A stretch of 64,000 nt of DNA from a virus, in the IMG/VR virus record IMGVR_UViG_3300042886_000261, positions 32,001-96,000 of that record; one strand, given 5' to 3'. Position 1 is the stretch's first letter. Each line of letters opens with the position of its first letter. The notes below the pieces were generated by a model. It had not been told where the DNA came from and did no database searches. It worked only from the letters and a program-made list of their open reading frames with translations. The translations under genes and the position numbers were made by a program. Of the stretch, positions 42,101 to 52,512 are shown one piece after another.

Positions 42101-42664
42101 ATTGTTCTGTATATTCTTTCTTTATTAGGATCTTTTTTTTCTTTAGCTCCAGTATCTTTTTCATTAGGTGTTCTAGGAGAAAATTCTTGCATTGTAGAAG
42201 TTAAAGCATCATCTGCTTGCCATCTAAATGGATCATTAAGCATATTAAGAAAGTCATTACCTTGATCTGATAAAGGAGTATTTAATATACCTTTTTCTAT
42301 CTCCATTCTAAATTCTAAATCTTCTAGAGTAGCTTCAGGTCTAAAATGTTTTAATGTCTCAAGTAAACCATTTTCTGTATTTCTGAATTTAGTAATTAAT
42401 TCTTTATTAGCATTTAAATCAAAATCAAAATCACTTGTATCTATTTCATCTTGCTCAACTGCATTCTTCATTAAAGTAGGTACAATTTGTAAAAAAGTAG
42501 ATGCAGTATTAACATCTGTTTTTTTTTTGTATTTCTTCAAATAGATCAGTCATAAATTCTTCTGGAGCAAAAGCTTCATTAGACTCTAAAGAATTAAGCA
42601 TTTGTTTATATATTAACTTATATAAATTTTCAACTTGTGTTTGTGATAATGAACAGTTTACCAT
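30148..42664 (-). CDS. Giant virion RNA polymerase polyprotein (~4,170 aa): zincin metallopeptidase, crAss-type double-psi-barrel RNAP, unknown domain, SLOG domain and SF1 RecD/Dda-like helicase. Contains a +1 frameshift at the A10 run 42519-42528
   Basis: HEAWH (40093-40107); RIP.QG and GADYDVDK (35701-35724); SGGA.G.D, RN..., GGT, AGVGSR; GYAGTGKS, APTHKA, DESSM, GDPAQLPPV, HKAQGST. Leader MVNCSL... starts 4 nt after the upstream stop. Confidence 0.88.
32244..33430. repeat. Direct-repeat linkers bounding domain cassettes in the RNAP gene
   Basis: CAACACTAGTAGATGGTTGA at 32925-32944 and 33396-33415; GTTGAGTAGTAG at 32244 and 32940; AGTAGCTTTAAAT at 32251 and 33418. Confidence 0.85.
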
Positions 42665-42668
42665 AATA

Positions 42669-45600
42669 TTAACAATCTAAATCATTTAATAATTCTTTAT
42701 AAATTTCTGCTAATGTTTTATCATTAACATTTGCTTTTGCTTTATCTATATTTTTAGTATTAGAAGTAAAATCTTTTAATACTTTTAATGACTCAGCAAT
42801 TAAGTCTTTATCTTGTGTATCTAAACCTTTATTAGCTTTTTGAGCTTCTTTGGCTTTTTCAATTGCTAGTGTTGAAATGTGTTTATCTAACTCAAACAAA
42901 GATAATGTTTTTTCTTTATTATTATATGTAAATTCTACACCATTTTTATCAGATTTTACAACAGTAATTTCAGCACCTGTATCAGCAAAAACATCATCTT
43001 TAGTTTTACCAGGTACAGTATCAATAACAACTACTACATCACCTTCATTAAGTAATGTTTTAGATATAACAGTATTTGCTTGTTTAAATTCTTCTTTTTT
43101 AGCTTTTACTAATTCACCAATTATTTTACTATCTTCTAGAGTTATCTGTTTAGTAACTTTAACTGCATTTCTTAAATCAACAAGATAGTTTTCAAGTACA
43201 TTTGCTTCTTTAATAGAATTAAGTTTATCTGTTACTTCAGCAATTGTAATTCTTGGTTTTACAGTATCAGCTGTTTCAGCAAGTGTTTCTGAAGCAGTTA
43301 GTTTTGCAAAAATACTAGATACACCATTAAATGTTTTTTCAATTTCTGATTTAAGTGTTGGGTTAGTTTTTATTAATGATGAACTGGCTCCATCAAGATA
43401 ATCTTGATAACCTGATACATCAATATTACCTAATTTACTTTGCCAATCTGTTAGTATTACTGCAATTGCAGCATAATTCATAAAATCATAGATACCACTA
43501 TTTTCTTCATAAGAAACATCTAGATTTAAGCCACCAAGAGGAAGTAATGATAATAATTGTTGATTATTACCTTCTACTTTTGCAATTGGTTTATCATATT
43601 TATAATTTTTATTTAAACTATCAAGTATTTGTTTAATAATAGGATTATTATAACCATCTTTATAAGTATCAGCTCCAGCTTTTACAAGCCAGTCTCCACC
43701 ATTAAAAAAGAATGGATACCACTCACCTTTTGTTTTACTACTAGTTCCTTTTGAACTTCTATATATAGGTACTATTGCACCATCAATATTAAATACTATT
43801 GCATCTCTACCAGCAGACTGTTTAAAAAATGCACTGTTATTAATTTTTTCTACATGACCTTGTTCAGCAAGTGTTTCTAAAATTTTTGGTAACTCTACTC
43901 CTAATTCAAGTTGTGATGTTATTATATCAGCTACTCTTGCTCTTTTTTCTTTATCTGTAGTATCTATATCAACTTTAGTATCTGTAGTACTAACTTTTTT
44001 ATCAACAACAGGAGTTGTTTCTTTTTCAGTAACTCCTTTTCTTAAAGCTGCATACTCATCAGCAAATGCAAGTGCATTTAATGAAGCTCCTAGTTCATCT
44101 TGGTATTCTGTATAGTTAAGATTTTCATCAACTATTTTAGCTAAGTCTTCTTTACTTAATATTTTAATTATATCTTCAGGATATTCTAGTTCTACTAATT
44201 TTTCAACTAATTTAGGATTCATTGCTGTAGCAACTTTTATACCTGGTGCTTTTGTTTCAATTTTAATTTTAGCATCTATCTTAGATTTAGCTTTAGCAAA
44301 ACTAGGATTATTGATATCAAGTGGGAAGTACCAATTATCAAGACCTAATAATTCTGAATTAGTAGGTTCTTTTACAGATATTATCTGATATTTTTGTTCA
44401 TTAATAACTGTTTCAAGAGGCATGATGTTTATTTCAGCATCAAGTCCTGTCATCTTTTTTAATAATCTAGCATATATATATTGTTGTAAAGTATAATCTT
44501 CAGTTTTATTTAAACCTGATTTTGTTTTATCAACAAAGCCATTCCATTTTGTTTGTTTACCTGTTTTAAAATCTATTATATGTAATTTACCAGTTTGATC
44601 AATAAGTAGTAAATCCATTTCACCAGCAACATCACCTTGTTCATCAAATACTACAAGACCTTTTGCTAATGTATATAATTCACCTGAATCTATTTTTTGT
44701 TTAATAGGTTTTAAGAAACCAGTAGGTCCAAACATACTATCATATGCCTCTCTAGTAATTTCTGATTCTTTAAATTCTGTTTTTTCCTTAGAGAAAAAAT
44801 TTCTTAATTGCTCATCTATATAATCACCAGCTTTTCTTGTATACTCATATGCATTTTCAGATATATGATTTTGTATAGCTTCTAATAAATCTTTTTTAGT
44901 TTTAATATTACTAGTTTCTGGATTAGCAAGTATTTCATTTAAATAGTTTCTTAAATTATCTGAACTAGATGCAACACCATCAAGAGTATCTTTTGTATAT
45001 CCTGAATTTTCTAATGCTAATAATTTTTTATCAATATTAGTCATGAAAGCATCAATGCTCTCTTTAGTTAACTTAGTTGCACCAATAGTATCATTGAATA
45101 CTTCACCTATAGTGCTTTTGCCATTATATATATAGGCTTCAGATTTTAATTCTTGTATATAATTAGTTACTCTTTTTAATAAATCACCTTTTTTATCTTT
45201 TAGTAAATAACCACTTTGACCTATTTTTCTTATATTTTTTTGTTGAGCAGATAATTTTTCTTCTATAATTCTTATTGTCTCTTGAATACCTGGCTTAAAA
45301 CTTTTTATTAAACGTGTAGCTATTAATTTTTCAAAATCATTAATTACTTTTGAATAATAAGCTTTTTTAACAGGGTCCTCTTCATTATCTCTAAAGTTCT
45401 TAAACTGAGTACTTAAAGTTTTTATTTGCTCATTATCAAATTTAGAAGTGTTATTTGTTTTGTTATTATACTCAAAATCAAATTCTTCTATTTTACCAGA
45501 TTTTTGTTTTTCTACTTCTGCTACATTTTTATCATTATACTTATCTATAATGGTTTTAGCTTTAGGATCTTTTTCAATAAATGCTTTAAACATATCTGAT

Positions 45601-48600
45601 ATCTCTTCATCAGATACTTCATCTTCAACTGCAGATGCTAGTGCTTCAGATTTATTAAATTCATTCTGTAATTGACTATATAAGTCTTTAGGGAAATCTT
45701 TTAACTCAGTGTATATTGAGTATTGTTTTAATTCATTTTTATCTTTTTCAGCATCAAAAGTATCTATTGCTTCTTTCTTAAGTGCAGTATATTTTTTATT
45801 AAGTTCTTGAACATCTTCTTTACTTGGTTTAAGTTCAATTTTATATACTGTATATTCAGAAAATGTATTTTTAGTATCTTCAACTTTTATTATATTACCG
45901 TCTTTATTATTATTTCTTAAACCTTCAGGAGAACTATATAATGTTACAACTTTATCTGTTTTTGAAACTGTTACTTCTACATAGTCACCAACAGTTAATG
46001 CATCAATAATTTCTTTAATTTTTATATTATCTTTTTTAACTGTTTCACCTTTAGTTTTTACTTCAGTTTTTGGTAATAAATTAAATTCTTTATCATATGC
46101 AATTTTTAACTCATCAAGTTTTACTTGTAATTTTTCATCAAAATTTTCTTTTGAGGGAGCATTATTTTTTAATTCTTTATTTTGCTGTAACCTATCAAAT
46201 ATTATAGCATATTCAGCACTACCTGGTTTTATTACTTGCTTAGTAGTCTCATTAAGAAATTCTTTAGGTGGAATATTATTTTCCATATAATCTTGGAATG
46301 CATCAAGATCCATGAATATGTTTTTATCAGCTAATGCATTTAAAAATGCATTATTTTCTAATCCATTAATTTGCTTATTAACCATATCTACAAAATAGTC
46401 TTTTCTATTATTGTACATATTGCTCATCCAAATTTGAGATTTTTTAAGTTGATCCATAAAAGATTGTGGATCATGTAATAAATTAATTTGATTTACAAGT
46501 ATTTTTTGCTCATCACTTAACGTGTAATGATCTTTAAGCATACTAAAAGTTTTATCAATATCAGTATCAAATATATAAGTTGAATCAATACCATTTGTAT
46601 TTTTTAAATAATTTTTATATGCTATTTCTAATTCATTATTTATTGCATTTTTTTGAATCTCAAGTATTTGTTCTTTATCTTCATCTGTTAATTCATCAAC
46701 ACCTTGTTGTTGTTTTACTGCTTCAAATAATTCATTAGAAACTTTAGCTTTTCCTTCTGCATTATTATATAAAGCATGCATACTATAAGCAGATGAAAAA
46801 TCTTCTAATGCTTTTACTCTATTTTGTTTTTTTAATATTTCTGTTTTAGCTTTAGGATCAGTTGACTGACTAAATGCTTCTATTTCTGATTTAACTAATT
46901 GTATTTCATCATTTATTCTTGAAGGTTCAAGTACCATAAGCATGTCTGCTTGAGACATTTTTTTCATAGATGGGTTATTCAGAATCTTACCAGAAATGCT
47001 TGTCATTCTTTTAGCATTATCCATAAAACTATGATTTGCAAAAACATAATTTTTTATCCCCATCTGCCAAGCTTCACTTAGTATTGCAGCATCTTTATAT
47101 TCAGGTAAATCTTTATCATATTTACTTAAATCAATTGGATTAGGAAACCTATCATTTGCATAGTTATATGACTTTTTTACTTCATCTATGTTAGATAAAA
47201 TATTATCAATCTTATCTTGTTGCTTAGTTCCTGTACCTTTTTCAAATCCAAATGCTTCCTCAAATTCATCTACTGATAAATCTTTCATAGATCCAATATG
47301 ATCTTTAAAATATTCAATTGTATTAGTATCTAAAGCAGTATATATTTGAGTAACAAATGCATTACTTAATTCATCTTTTGCATCTTTAGTATCTGCTTCA
47401 TCTACATTAGATACTGTATTATTTTGAACACCATAGTTAAATAATCTAGAATTAAAAAATTCTTTAGGATCATTGTATAAATCATTTAGTCTTTTTGATA
47501 CAGTCTCACCATGTGTTTTTCTTAATTTTTTATATTCAGTAAATTTTTCTTTATTAAATATATGATTATAACCTGCATCTAAACCTCCTTTAGCTAAGTT
47601 TAACCCACCAGAAAATACACCCATTAATGCACCTGATGCAAATGTTTCAAATCCTTGTGATGAAAATTGATCTTTTAATCCATCAAACATTAATGAACTT
47701 TGTGCTTTATTATATAAGTGAGCTCCTAATTCTTTATTTTTATATGTAGTTTCATAATACTTTTCATTAGCTACTGTAATAACATCTTGTAAATTTTCTT
47801 GAACACCTTCCATTAAGTTGGCTTTTGTATATTTACCAAGTGTTTTAATAGTAGTTTTTACTGGAGCAGCTTTAAAACCTTTAAGTGAATTTTTAAATGA
47901 ATCAGCAACAAATGTAAATTCACCTTTAACTAATTTTTTACCAGTTACAGCAGTTTTTTCTAAAACAATTTTACCACCTTTCATGGATAATACATCATCT
48001 ATTTTAGAATTAATTACTCTTTTACCAATGCCTGATTTCATAAAATTAGGAAGGACAACTTTATTTGTTCCCAATATTAATGCAGTATTCCACATTAATG
48101 TATTCATTCCAGATTCTTTTGCTTTTTTAGTTAATATATATTGTTCATCATCATTTGGTGCTCTACCATTTTTTTCATAAAATGCATTATAAAGATCATC
48201 ATATACTTTATTATCATTCATACCACCTTCTAGACGGGCTTCTGATAATGACATATTAATATTCCTCATGTCTCTAAATAAACCACCAGCTGTTCTACTT
48301 GTACTTTGTGACAATCTTGCAAAACCTGTTAAGTTATCTGCATTTTTACCAATGCCTGCAAATGCATCAAATGTATTTTCAATTGGATTTAAAAATTTAC
48401 CTAATTTACTTGCATTAATATTTTCTGCTGCTTTCCACATATTTCTAGCACCAGTAATAGTATTTGCTTCATTAATTGTTTTATTTATAGCATTATAACC
48501 TTTTGCAGCCATTTCAGTTACATCACCAATTTTACCAATTTTTCTAGCATTATTAGCAGTAGCAGCAAAGAAAGAACCTCCTCCTGTAAGAGGAGCAAGT

Positions 48601-49328
48601 AAAGCACCAGCAGCTTCTTCAAGAATTGCTGAACCAAGGATACCTGCTGTATAACCAAAACTCATTGCAGTATTATTAAAGAATGCACCCATACCTTTTG
48701 ATGAATCATATCCTATAGCTGATGCTTGTTCATACATTCTTGCATCTTCAGTATCAGCACTAAAGTCACCTTGCATCATTTTAAGAAAACTTTTTGAATT
48801 AGATACAAATCCTCTTCCTGCTAATGGTAATAAACCATATGTTACACTTCTAACAAATTTATCTCCCCAAGTTGTATTAGCATTATATATTGCATCATTA
48901 TCTCTCATAGGAGAGAATCCAATTTCATCAAATTTTGCTTGACCAAAACCAACTGCATATCTTTTGTAAAAAGAGTTACCAGATGGACCAGCATTATATG
49001 CATATACTTTTGCATATTCATTTTTATCTTGATTTAATGCAACCTTCATTTTAAATCTTTCACCAATTGCTTTTGCCATTTCTTCTGGTGATACATTTTT
49101 ATTTGGATTTTTATGACTTGGTAAATTTGGGCTACGGCCAGTTATTGCATCTTGTATTGGATAACGTGGATTTGTACTAACTAAAGGTGGAGTAACAGGA
49201 AAATAATCTCTTATTTCTCTTGATTTTTCTCCTTCAAATGGAGATAAACTTCTTGAACTAATTCCAGGTGCTTGAATTTTACCAAATTCTGGTCCAAGTG
49301 GATCTAAAGGAGCAGTACTATTTTCCAT
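42669..49328 (-). CDS. Giant virion/ejected protein with hydrophobic N-terminal segments and an internal PD-(D/E)XK nuclease domain
   Basis: 2219 aa; GA-rich hydrophobic stretches; AGEMDLLLID...IIDFKTG...Y.LQ..IY. Confidence 0.78.
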   Translation of the reverse strand: MENSTAPLDPLGPEFGKIQAPGISSRSLSPFEGEKSREIRDYFPVTPPLVSTNPRYPIQDAITGRSPNLPSHKNPNKNVSPEEMAKAIGERFKMKVALNQDKNEYAKVYAYNAGPSGNSFYKRYAVGFGQAKFDEIGFSPMRDNDAIYNANTTWGDKFVRSVTYGLLPLAGRGFVSNSKSFLKMMQGDFSADTEDARMYEQASAIGYDSSKGMGAFFNNTAMSFGYTAGILGSAILEEAAGALLAPLTGGGSFFAATANNARKIGKIGDVTEMAAKGYNAINKTINEANTITGARNMWKAAENINASKLGKFLNPIENTFDAFAGIGKNADNLTGFARLSQSTSRTAGGLFRDMRNINMSLSEARLEGGMNDNKVYDDLYNAFYEKNGRAPNDDEQYILTKKAKESGMNTLMWNTALILGTNKVVLPNFMKSGIGKRVINSKIDDVLSMKGGKIVLEKTAVTGKKLVKGEFTFVADSFKNSLKGFKAAPVKTTIKTLGKYTKANLMEGVQENLQDVITVANEKYYETTYKNKELGAHLYNKAQSSLMFDGLKDQFSSQGFETFASGALMGVFSGGLNLAKGGLDAGYNHIFNKEKFTEYKKLRKTHGETVSKRLNDLYNDPKEFFNSRLFNYGVQNNTVSNVDEADTKDAKDELSNAFVTQIYTALDTNTIEYFKDHIGSMKDLSVDEFEEAFGFEKGTGTKQQDKIDNILSNIDEVKKSYNYANDRFPNPIDLSKYDKDLPEYKDAAILSEAWQMGIKNYVFANHSFMDNAKRMTSISGKILNNPSMKKMSQADMLMVLEPSRINDEIQLVKSEIEAFSQSTDPKAKTEILKKQNRVKALEDFSSAYSMHALYNNAEGKAKVSNELFEAVKQQQGVDELTDEDKEQILEIQKNAINNELEIAYKNYLKNTNGIDSTYIFDTDIDKTFSMLKDHYTLSDEQKILVNQINLLHDPQSFMDQLKKSQIWMSNMYNNRKDYFVDMVNKQINGLENNAFLNALADKNIFMDLDAFQDYMENNIPPKEFLNETTKQVIKPGSAEYAIIFDRLQQNKELKNNAPSKENFDEKLQVKLDELKIAYDKEFNLLPKTEVKTKGETVKKDNIKIKEIIDALTVGDYVEVTVSKTDKVVTLYSSPEGLRNNNKDGNIIKVEDTKNTFSEYTVYKIELKPSKEDVQELNKKYTALKKEAIDTFDAEKDKNELKQYSIYTELKDFPKDLYSQLQNEFNKSEALASAVEDEVSDEEISDMFKAFIEKDPKAKTIIDKYNDKNVAEVEKQKSGKIEEFDFEYNNKTNNTSKFDNEQIKTLSTQFKNFRDNEEDPVKKAYYSKVINDFEKLIATRLIKSFKPGIQETIRIIEEKLSAQQKNIRKIGQSGYLLKDKKGDLLKRVTNYIQELKSEAYIYNGKSTIGEVFNDTIGATKLTKESIDAFMTNIDKKLLALENSGYTKDTLDGVASSSDNLRNYLNEILANPETSNIKTKKDLLEAIQNHISENAYEYTRKAGDYIDEQLRNFFSKEKTEFKESEITREAYDSMFGPTGFLKPIKQKIDSGELYTLAKGLVVFDEQGDVAGEMDLLLIDQTGKLHIIDFKTGKQTKWNGFVDKTKSGLNKTEDYTLQQYIYARLLKKMTGLDAEINIMPLETVINEQKYQIISVKEPTNSELLGLDNWYFPLDINNPSFAKAKSKIDAKIKIETKAPGIKVATAMNPKLVEKLVELEYPEDIIKILSKEDLAKIVDENLNYTEYQDELGASLNALAFADEYAALRKGVTEKETTPVVDKKVSTTDTKVDIDTTDKEKRARVADIITSQLELGVELPKILETLAEQGHVEKINNSAFFKQSAGRDAIVFNIDGAIVPIYRSSKGTSSKTKGEWYPFFFNGGDWLVKAGADTYKDGYNNPIIKQILDSLNKNYKYDKPIAKVEGNNQQLLSLLPLGGLNLDVSYEENSGIYDFMNYAAIAVILTDWQSKLGNIDVSGYQDYLDGASSSLIKTNPTLKSEIEKTFNGVSSIFAKLTASETLAETADTVKPRITIAEVTDKLNSIKEANVLENYLVDLRNAVKVTKQITLEDSKIIGELVKAKKEEFKQANTVISKTLLNEGDVVVVIDTVPGKTKDDVFADTGAEITVVKSDKNGVEFTYNNKEKTLSLFELDKHISTLAIEKAKEAQKANKGLDTQDKDLIAESLKVLKDFTSNTKNIDKAKANVNDKTLAEIYKELLNDLDC

Positions 49329-52300
49329 TATCTATTAGCATTATTAAATATTTGATTACTTAAATCTCTTGCTTCTTCCCAAGCTCCAAATGCATCCATT
49401 GATGCTTTTTCTAATTGCTGACCACTTGTGATTCCATGATCTGATACTGTAAGTACTTCATAATCTTTTATTTTTGGATTATAATATTTATAATCATATT
49501 TATATGTATAACCACCAAGTATTTTATCTTTTTCAACAGTAAATTTATTTCCATTACTATCATCATTTGGATCATCAATAACATAAGGTTGATTATAAGA
49601 TGAATTAAATTCTACATTAGCTTCAATAGGTGTAACTTTTGTTTGTTGATACATATGATTACTCCAGTTTTTTTCATCTGATATAAATGATATACCATTT
49701 TGTAAAGCATTATTAGCCATGTCTTGACTTATAATACCTGGACCTTTTTTACCTTCAGCTGTTTCTGTATATGTATGTTTTTTTAACCATTCAGCATCAG
49801 GATAAAAAATCATTGCACCTTTACCAACTGTATTTAAAGCTAATGGTTGAGCAGCTAATCTAAATCCTTTAAGTGTTCCACCTCTCATTGATGTTTCATG
49901 AAATGCTTCTTCTATTAAAGCTTTTCCTTCTTTAACATTATTTGCACCAGTTTTAACAGGTCCATTAAATCTTACTTGAATATCTTTATCAAAATTAAGT
50001 CTATTAAGATCTTTTTGAAATCCTCTCCAACTAAATGCTCCAACTGTATTAGGGGCATCAGCATATACATTTACACCATGTTCACCAATTGTTGTTAATC
50101 CAGGAGTTCCAAATCTACCAAGTGCAGGTATTCCAGGAGGTGGTATTCTTATTTTATCAGAACTATAACCTTTCATAACAAGTGCATGAAGTTTATCATA
50201 ATCATATAGTTTTAATACTCTTGCTGTTCCTGGATTTATTTTAGGATCATATATGCTATATCTACCTTCTTGAGGCATTACGCTATTTAATGCTCCTGCA
50301 ACTTTTGCTACATTACCAAGAATACCAAAACCAAAACTACCAAAACCTGGTGCATTTGATACTACATCAGTCATTGTATTACTTATATCCTCACCTCTTT
50401 TTCTTGCAGCTTCAACTTTTTTCCAATTTTCATAATTTGCAAGATCTTCTTTATTTACTTTTTTATTAGCAAGTACTGTACTTTCAAATACTGCTTTAGA
50501 TACAGGATTACCTTGTTTATCAAACAGGTAATCAACAACATCAACAGAACTTGGATCTGCATTAAGTACATAATTTCTAACATCTTGATTTACACTTGTT
50601 TTCCATTTTTGTAAATTTTGATCTTGAGTATAATAGTTATTTAAATTGATATTATAATTTAACATATTTTTACCAACAATATCAAATGCACTATTACCTT
50701 TATTATAATTAGATTTTACAAGTTGTTGAAAACTATCTGTGATTTTTTTTAATTTATTAGCACCAAGTGTTTTTCTTACAAAATCTTGTGGAGCTGCTTG
50801 TAATTGTTCATTAAATTTATCAATTGTCATACCTTTACCAAGTACATTTTCTATATCTTGAGTTGATAATTGACCTTTTAAATCTCTCATTGATGATAAC
50901 ATTTGTTTTAAATATGGTGTAACATTCTCATCAATACTGTTTAATTTGTTTTGACCAAGTTGTTCCATTACATTTATTTCATCTGAACTTGCACCTCTAT
51001 CTTTTTGTCTTGTGGTGATTGCATCTGCATCTGGATTTAATATAGGTCTCATGTAATTTGGATTAGCATATGTTTTACCATCTGGTCCTACAACAGTTTG
51101 TTGTAAATCAGGAGTATATGCTTTACTATCATACATTTCTTTATATGCTGCTGCATCTAAAGTACTTTGTTTTATCATTTGAGCAGATCTTTCTCTACTT
51201 GCATTAGCAGAAGCAACTTCTTGCATTCTATAACCATGCTCTTGTTCTTTAACTGCATATATGTTTGCTTCATAGTCAACTTCTCTATGTGTTCTTGCAT
51301 ATAAGTCTGCAGCTTCACCTAAATCTTTTTGCATTAATTTAGATGCCATAGCATTATCAATATTATATCTTAAAGATTCAACATCCCCATAAGGATTTTC
51401 AAATCCAGTTGATGTTGTAGCTGTACTTGATTTAGTTGATAATGCAGATACAGTAGTATTATTATTTGTTTCTAATGTAGTAGTTATATTTTTTGCTTCT
51501 TGTAATCTTTCTAAATATGAAGCTGTATTTGGTGTTGCATTACCAGTTGATACAGCTTTTTTTACTGCATCAATTTTTGTATCAGTAACATTATTTTGTT
51601 TTTCTAATTCAACTTTTCTTGCATCAGCCTCAGTCTTAAGTACTTTATAACTTTCAGTAAGATAACTCATTTCAGCAGCATTTTTATCTCCATTAAATCT
51701 AGCTGCATTAGAATATGCATAATCTTTTCTATTTATATATGCTTGAGTTTTATAAACATCAATGACTGCTGGATCAGATCCAAGTTGTGCTTCAAGTAAT
51801 CTATTTAATGGTTCAAGTATATTTTCACCATTAGTAGTTTTTACCATCCATTTACCATCAGCTGTTGGTCTAATAGTTTCAACTTTATAACCTTGATCTT
51901 TAGCAATTTTTTGAGCTTTTTCAATTACATTTACATATGGAGTATAAGATACATTACCCATATTCATTGTTTCTTCAAGACTAGCTTCTTTAAATTCTTC
52001 AGTTTTATATTGTAAAAATTTTAAACCATCATCCCAATATTGTGATCTTTGTTTTTCATCTCTACTATTTTTTAAACCAGCACCATAAGCTTTTTCACTA
52101 TTAATATTTTTAGTCCAAGCCATATCTTTCATAAGATGTTTATCTTGATAGAAAGGTTTAAATACCTGAGTAGCCTGATCAACATTTTGGTCTAATGATA
52201 AATCTAAACCAGAGACACGTTTTAAATTAAAATCAATTGCTTTAATTAACTCATCTTTCTTTTTAAGATTATCTCCATGAGTTAAATCTGCATAGAAATA

Positions 52301-52447
52301 TTGACCATAAACATTATTTAATGCTTTATAGTTTGTATCATACTGATTTTGCTTTGTCTGCAATGCTGTTGCATAAAAGTTTAAATCAGGTTGAAAGGGT
52401 TGAAATTGAGGAATAAAATCAGTGACACCTTGTAAATATGTTGACAT
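49328..52447 (-). CDS. Virion cargo/ejection protein
   Basis: 1039 aa; N-terminal QPFQPDLNFY..AL..KQ.QYD helical pattern; coupled to the next gene. Confidence 0.65.
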   Translation of the reverse strand: MSTYLQGVTDFIPQFQPFQPDLNFYATALQTKQNQYDTNYKALNNVYGQYFYADLTHGDNLKKKDELIKAIDFNLKRVSGLDLSLDQNVDQATQVFKPFYQDKHLMKDMAWTKNINSEKAYGAGLKNSRDEKQRSQYWDDGLKFLQYKTEEFKEASLEETMNMGNVSYTPYVNVIEKAQKIAKDQGYKVETIRPTADGKWMVKTTNGENILEPLNRLLEAQLGSDPAVIDVYKTQAYINRKDYAYSNAARFNGDKNAAEMSYLTESYKVLKTEADARKVELEKQNNVTDTKIDAVKKAVSTGNATPNTASYLERLQEAKNITTTLETNNNTTVSALSTKSSTATTSTGFENPYGDVESLRYNIDNAMASKLMQKDLGEAADLYARTHREVDYEANIYAVKEQEHGYRMQEVASANASRERSAQMIKQSTLDAAAYKEMYDSKAYTPDLQQTVVGPDGKTYANPNYMRPILNPDADAITTRQKDRGASSDEINVMEQLGQNKLNSIDENVTPYLKQMLSSMRDLKGQLSTQDIENVLGKGMTIDKFNEQLQAAPQDFVRKTLGANKLKKITDSFQQLVKSNYNKGNSAFDIVGKNMLNYNINLNNYYTQDQNLQKWKTSVNQDVRNYVLNADPSSVDVVDYLFDKQGNPVSKAVFESTVLANKKVNKEDLANYENWKKVEAARKRGEDISNTMTDVVSNAPGFGSFGFGILGNVAKVAGALNSVMPQEGRYSIYDPKINPGTARVLKLYDYDKLHALVMKGYSSDKIRIPPPGIPALGRFGTPGLTTIGEHGVNVYADAPNTVGAFSWRGFQKDLNRLNFDKDIQVRFNGPVKTGANNVKEGKALIEEAFHETSMRGGTLKGFRLAAQPLALNTVGKGAMIFYPDAEWLKKHTYTETAEGKKGPGIISQDMANNALQNGISFISDEKNWSNHMYQQTKVTPIEANVEFNSSYNQPYVIDDPNDDSNGNKFTVEKDKILGGYTYKYDYKYYNPKIKDYEVLTVSDHGITSGQQLEKASMDAFGAWEEARDLSNQIFNNANR

Positions 52448-52464
52448 AATATTAGTATTAATCT

Positions 52465-52512
52465 ATATTGTAAATATATTAAAATTTTATAAGTTTACTA
52501 AACCTATAAAGT
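52465..52512 (-). promoter_or_regulatory. Candidate late promoter, motif copy 1
   Basis: Minus strand ACTTT..GTTTAGTAAACT..AAAATT..TATATTTA, shared with the 57830-57876 intergenic region. Confidence 0.5.

Noticed and set aside
42529-42540. TTG start of the 4130-aa ORF given in the track
   Set aside because: It leaves a 128-bp gap that is filled by an ATG-initiated leader joined through the A10 run
26016-49328. Split inteins as the explanation for the terminal Cys
   Set aside because: No Hint-domain blocks or His-Asn termini are visible; the Cys is the last residue or residue 3-4
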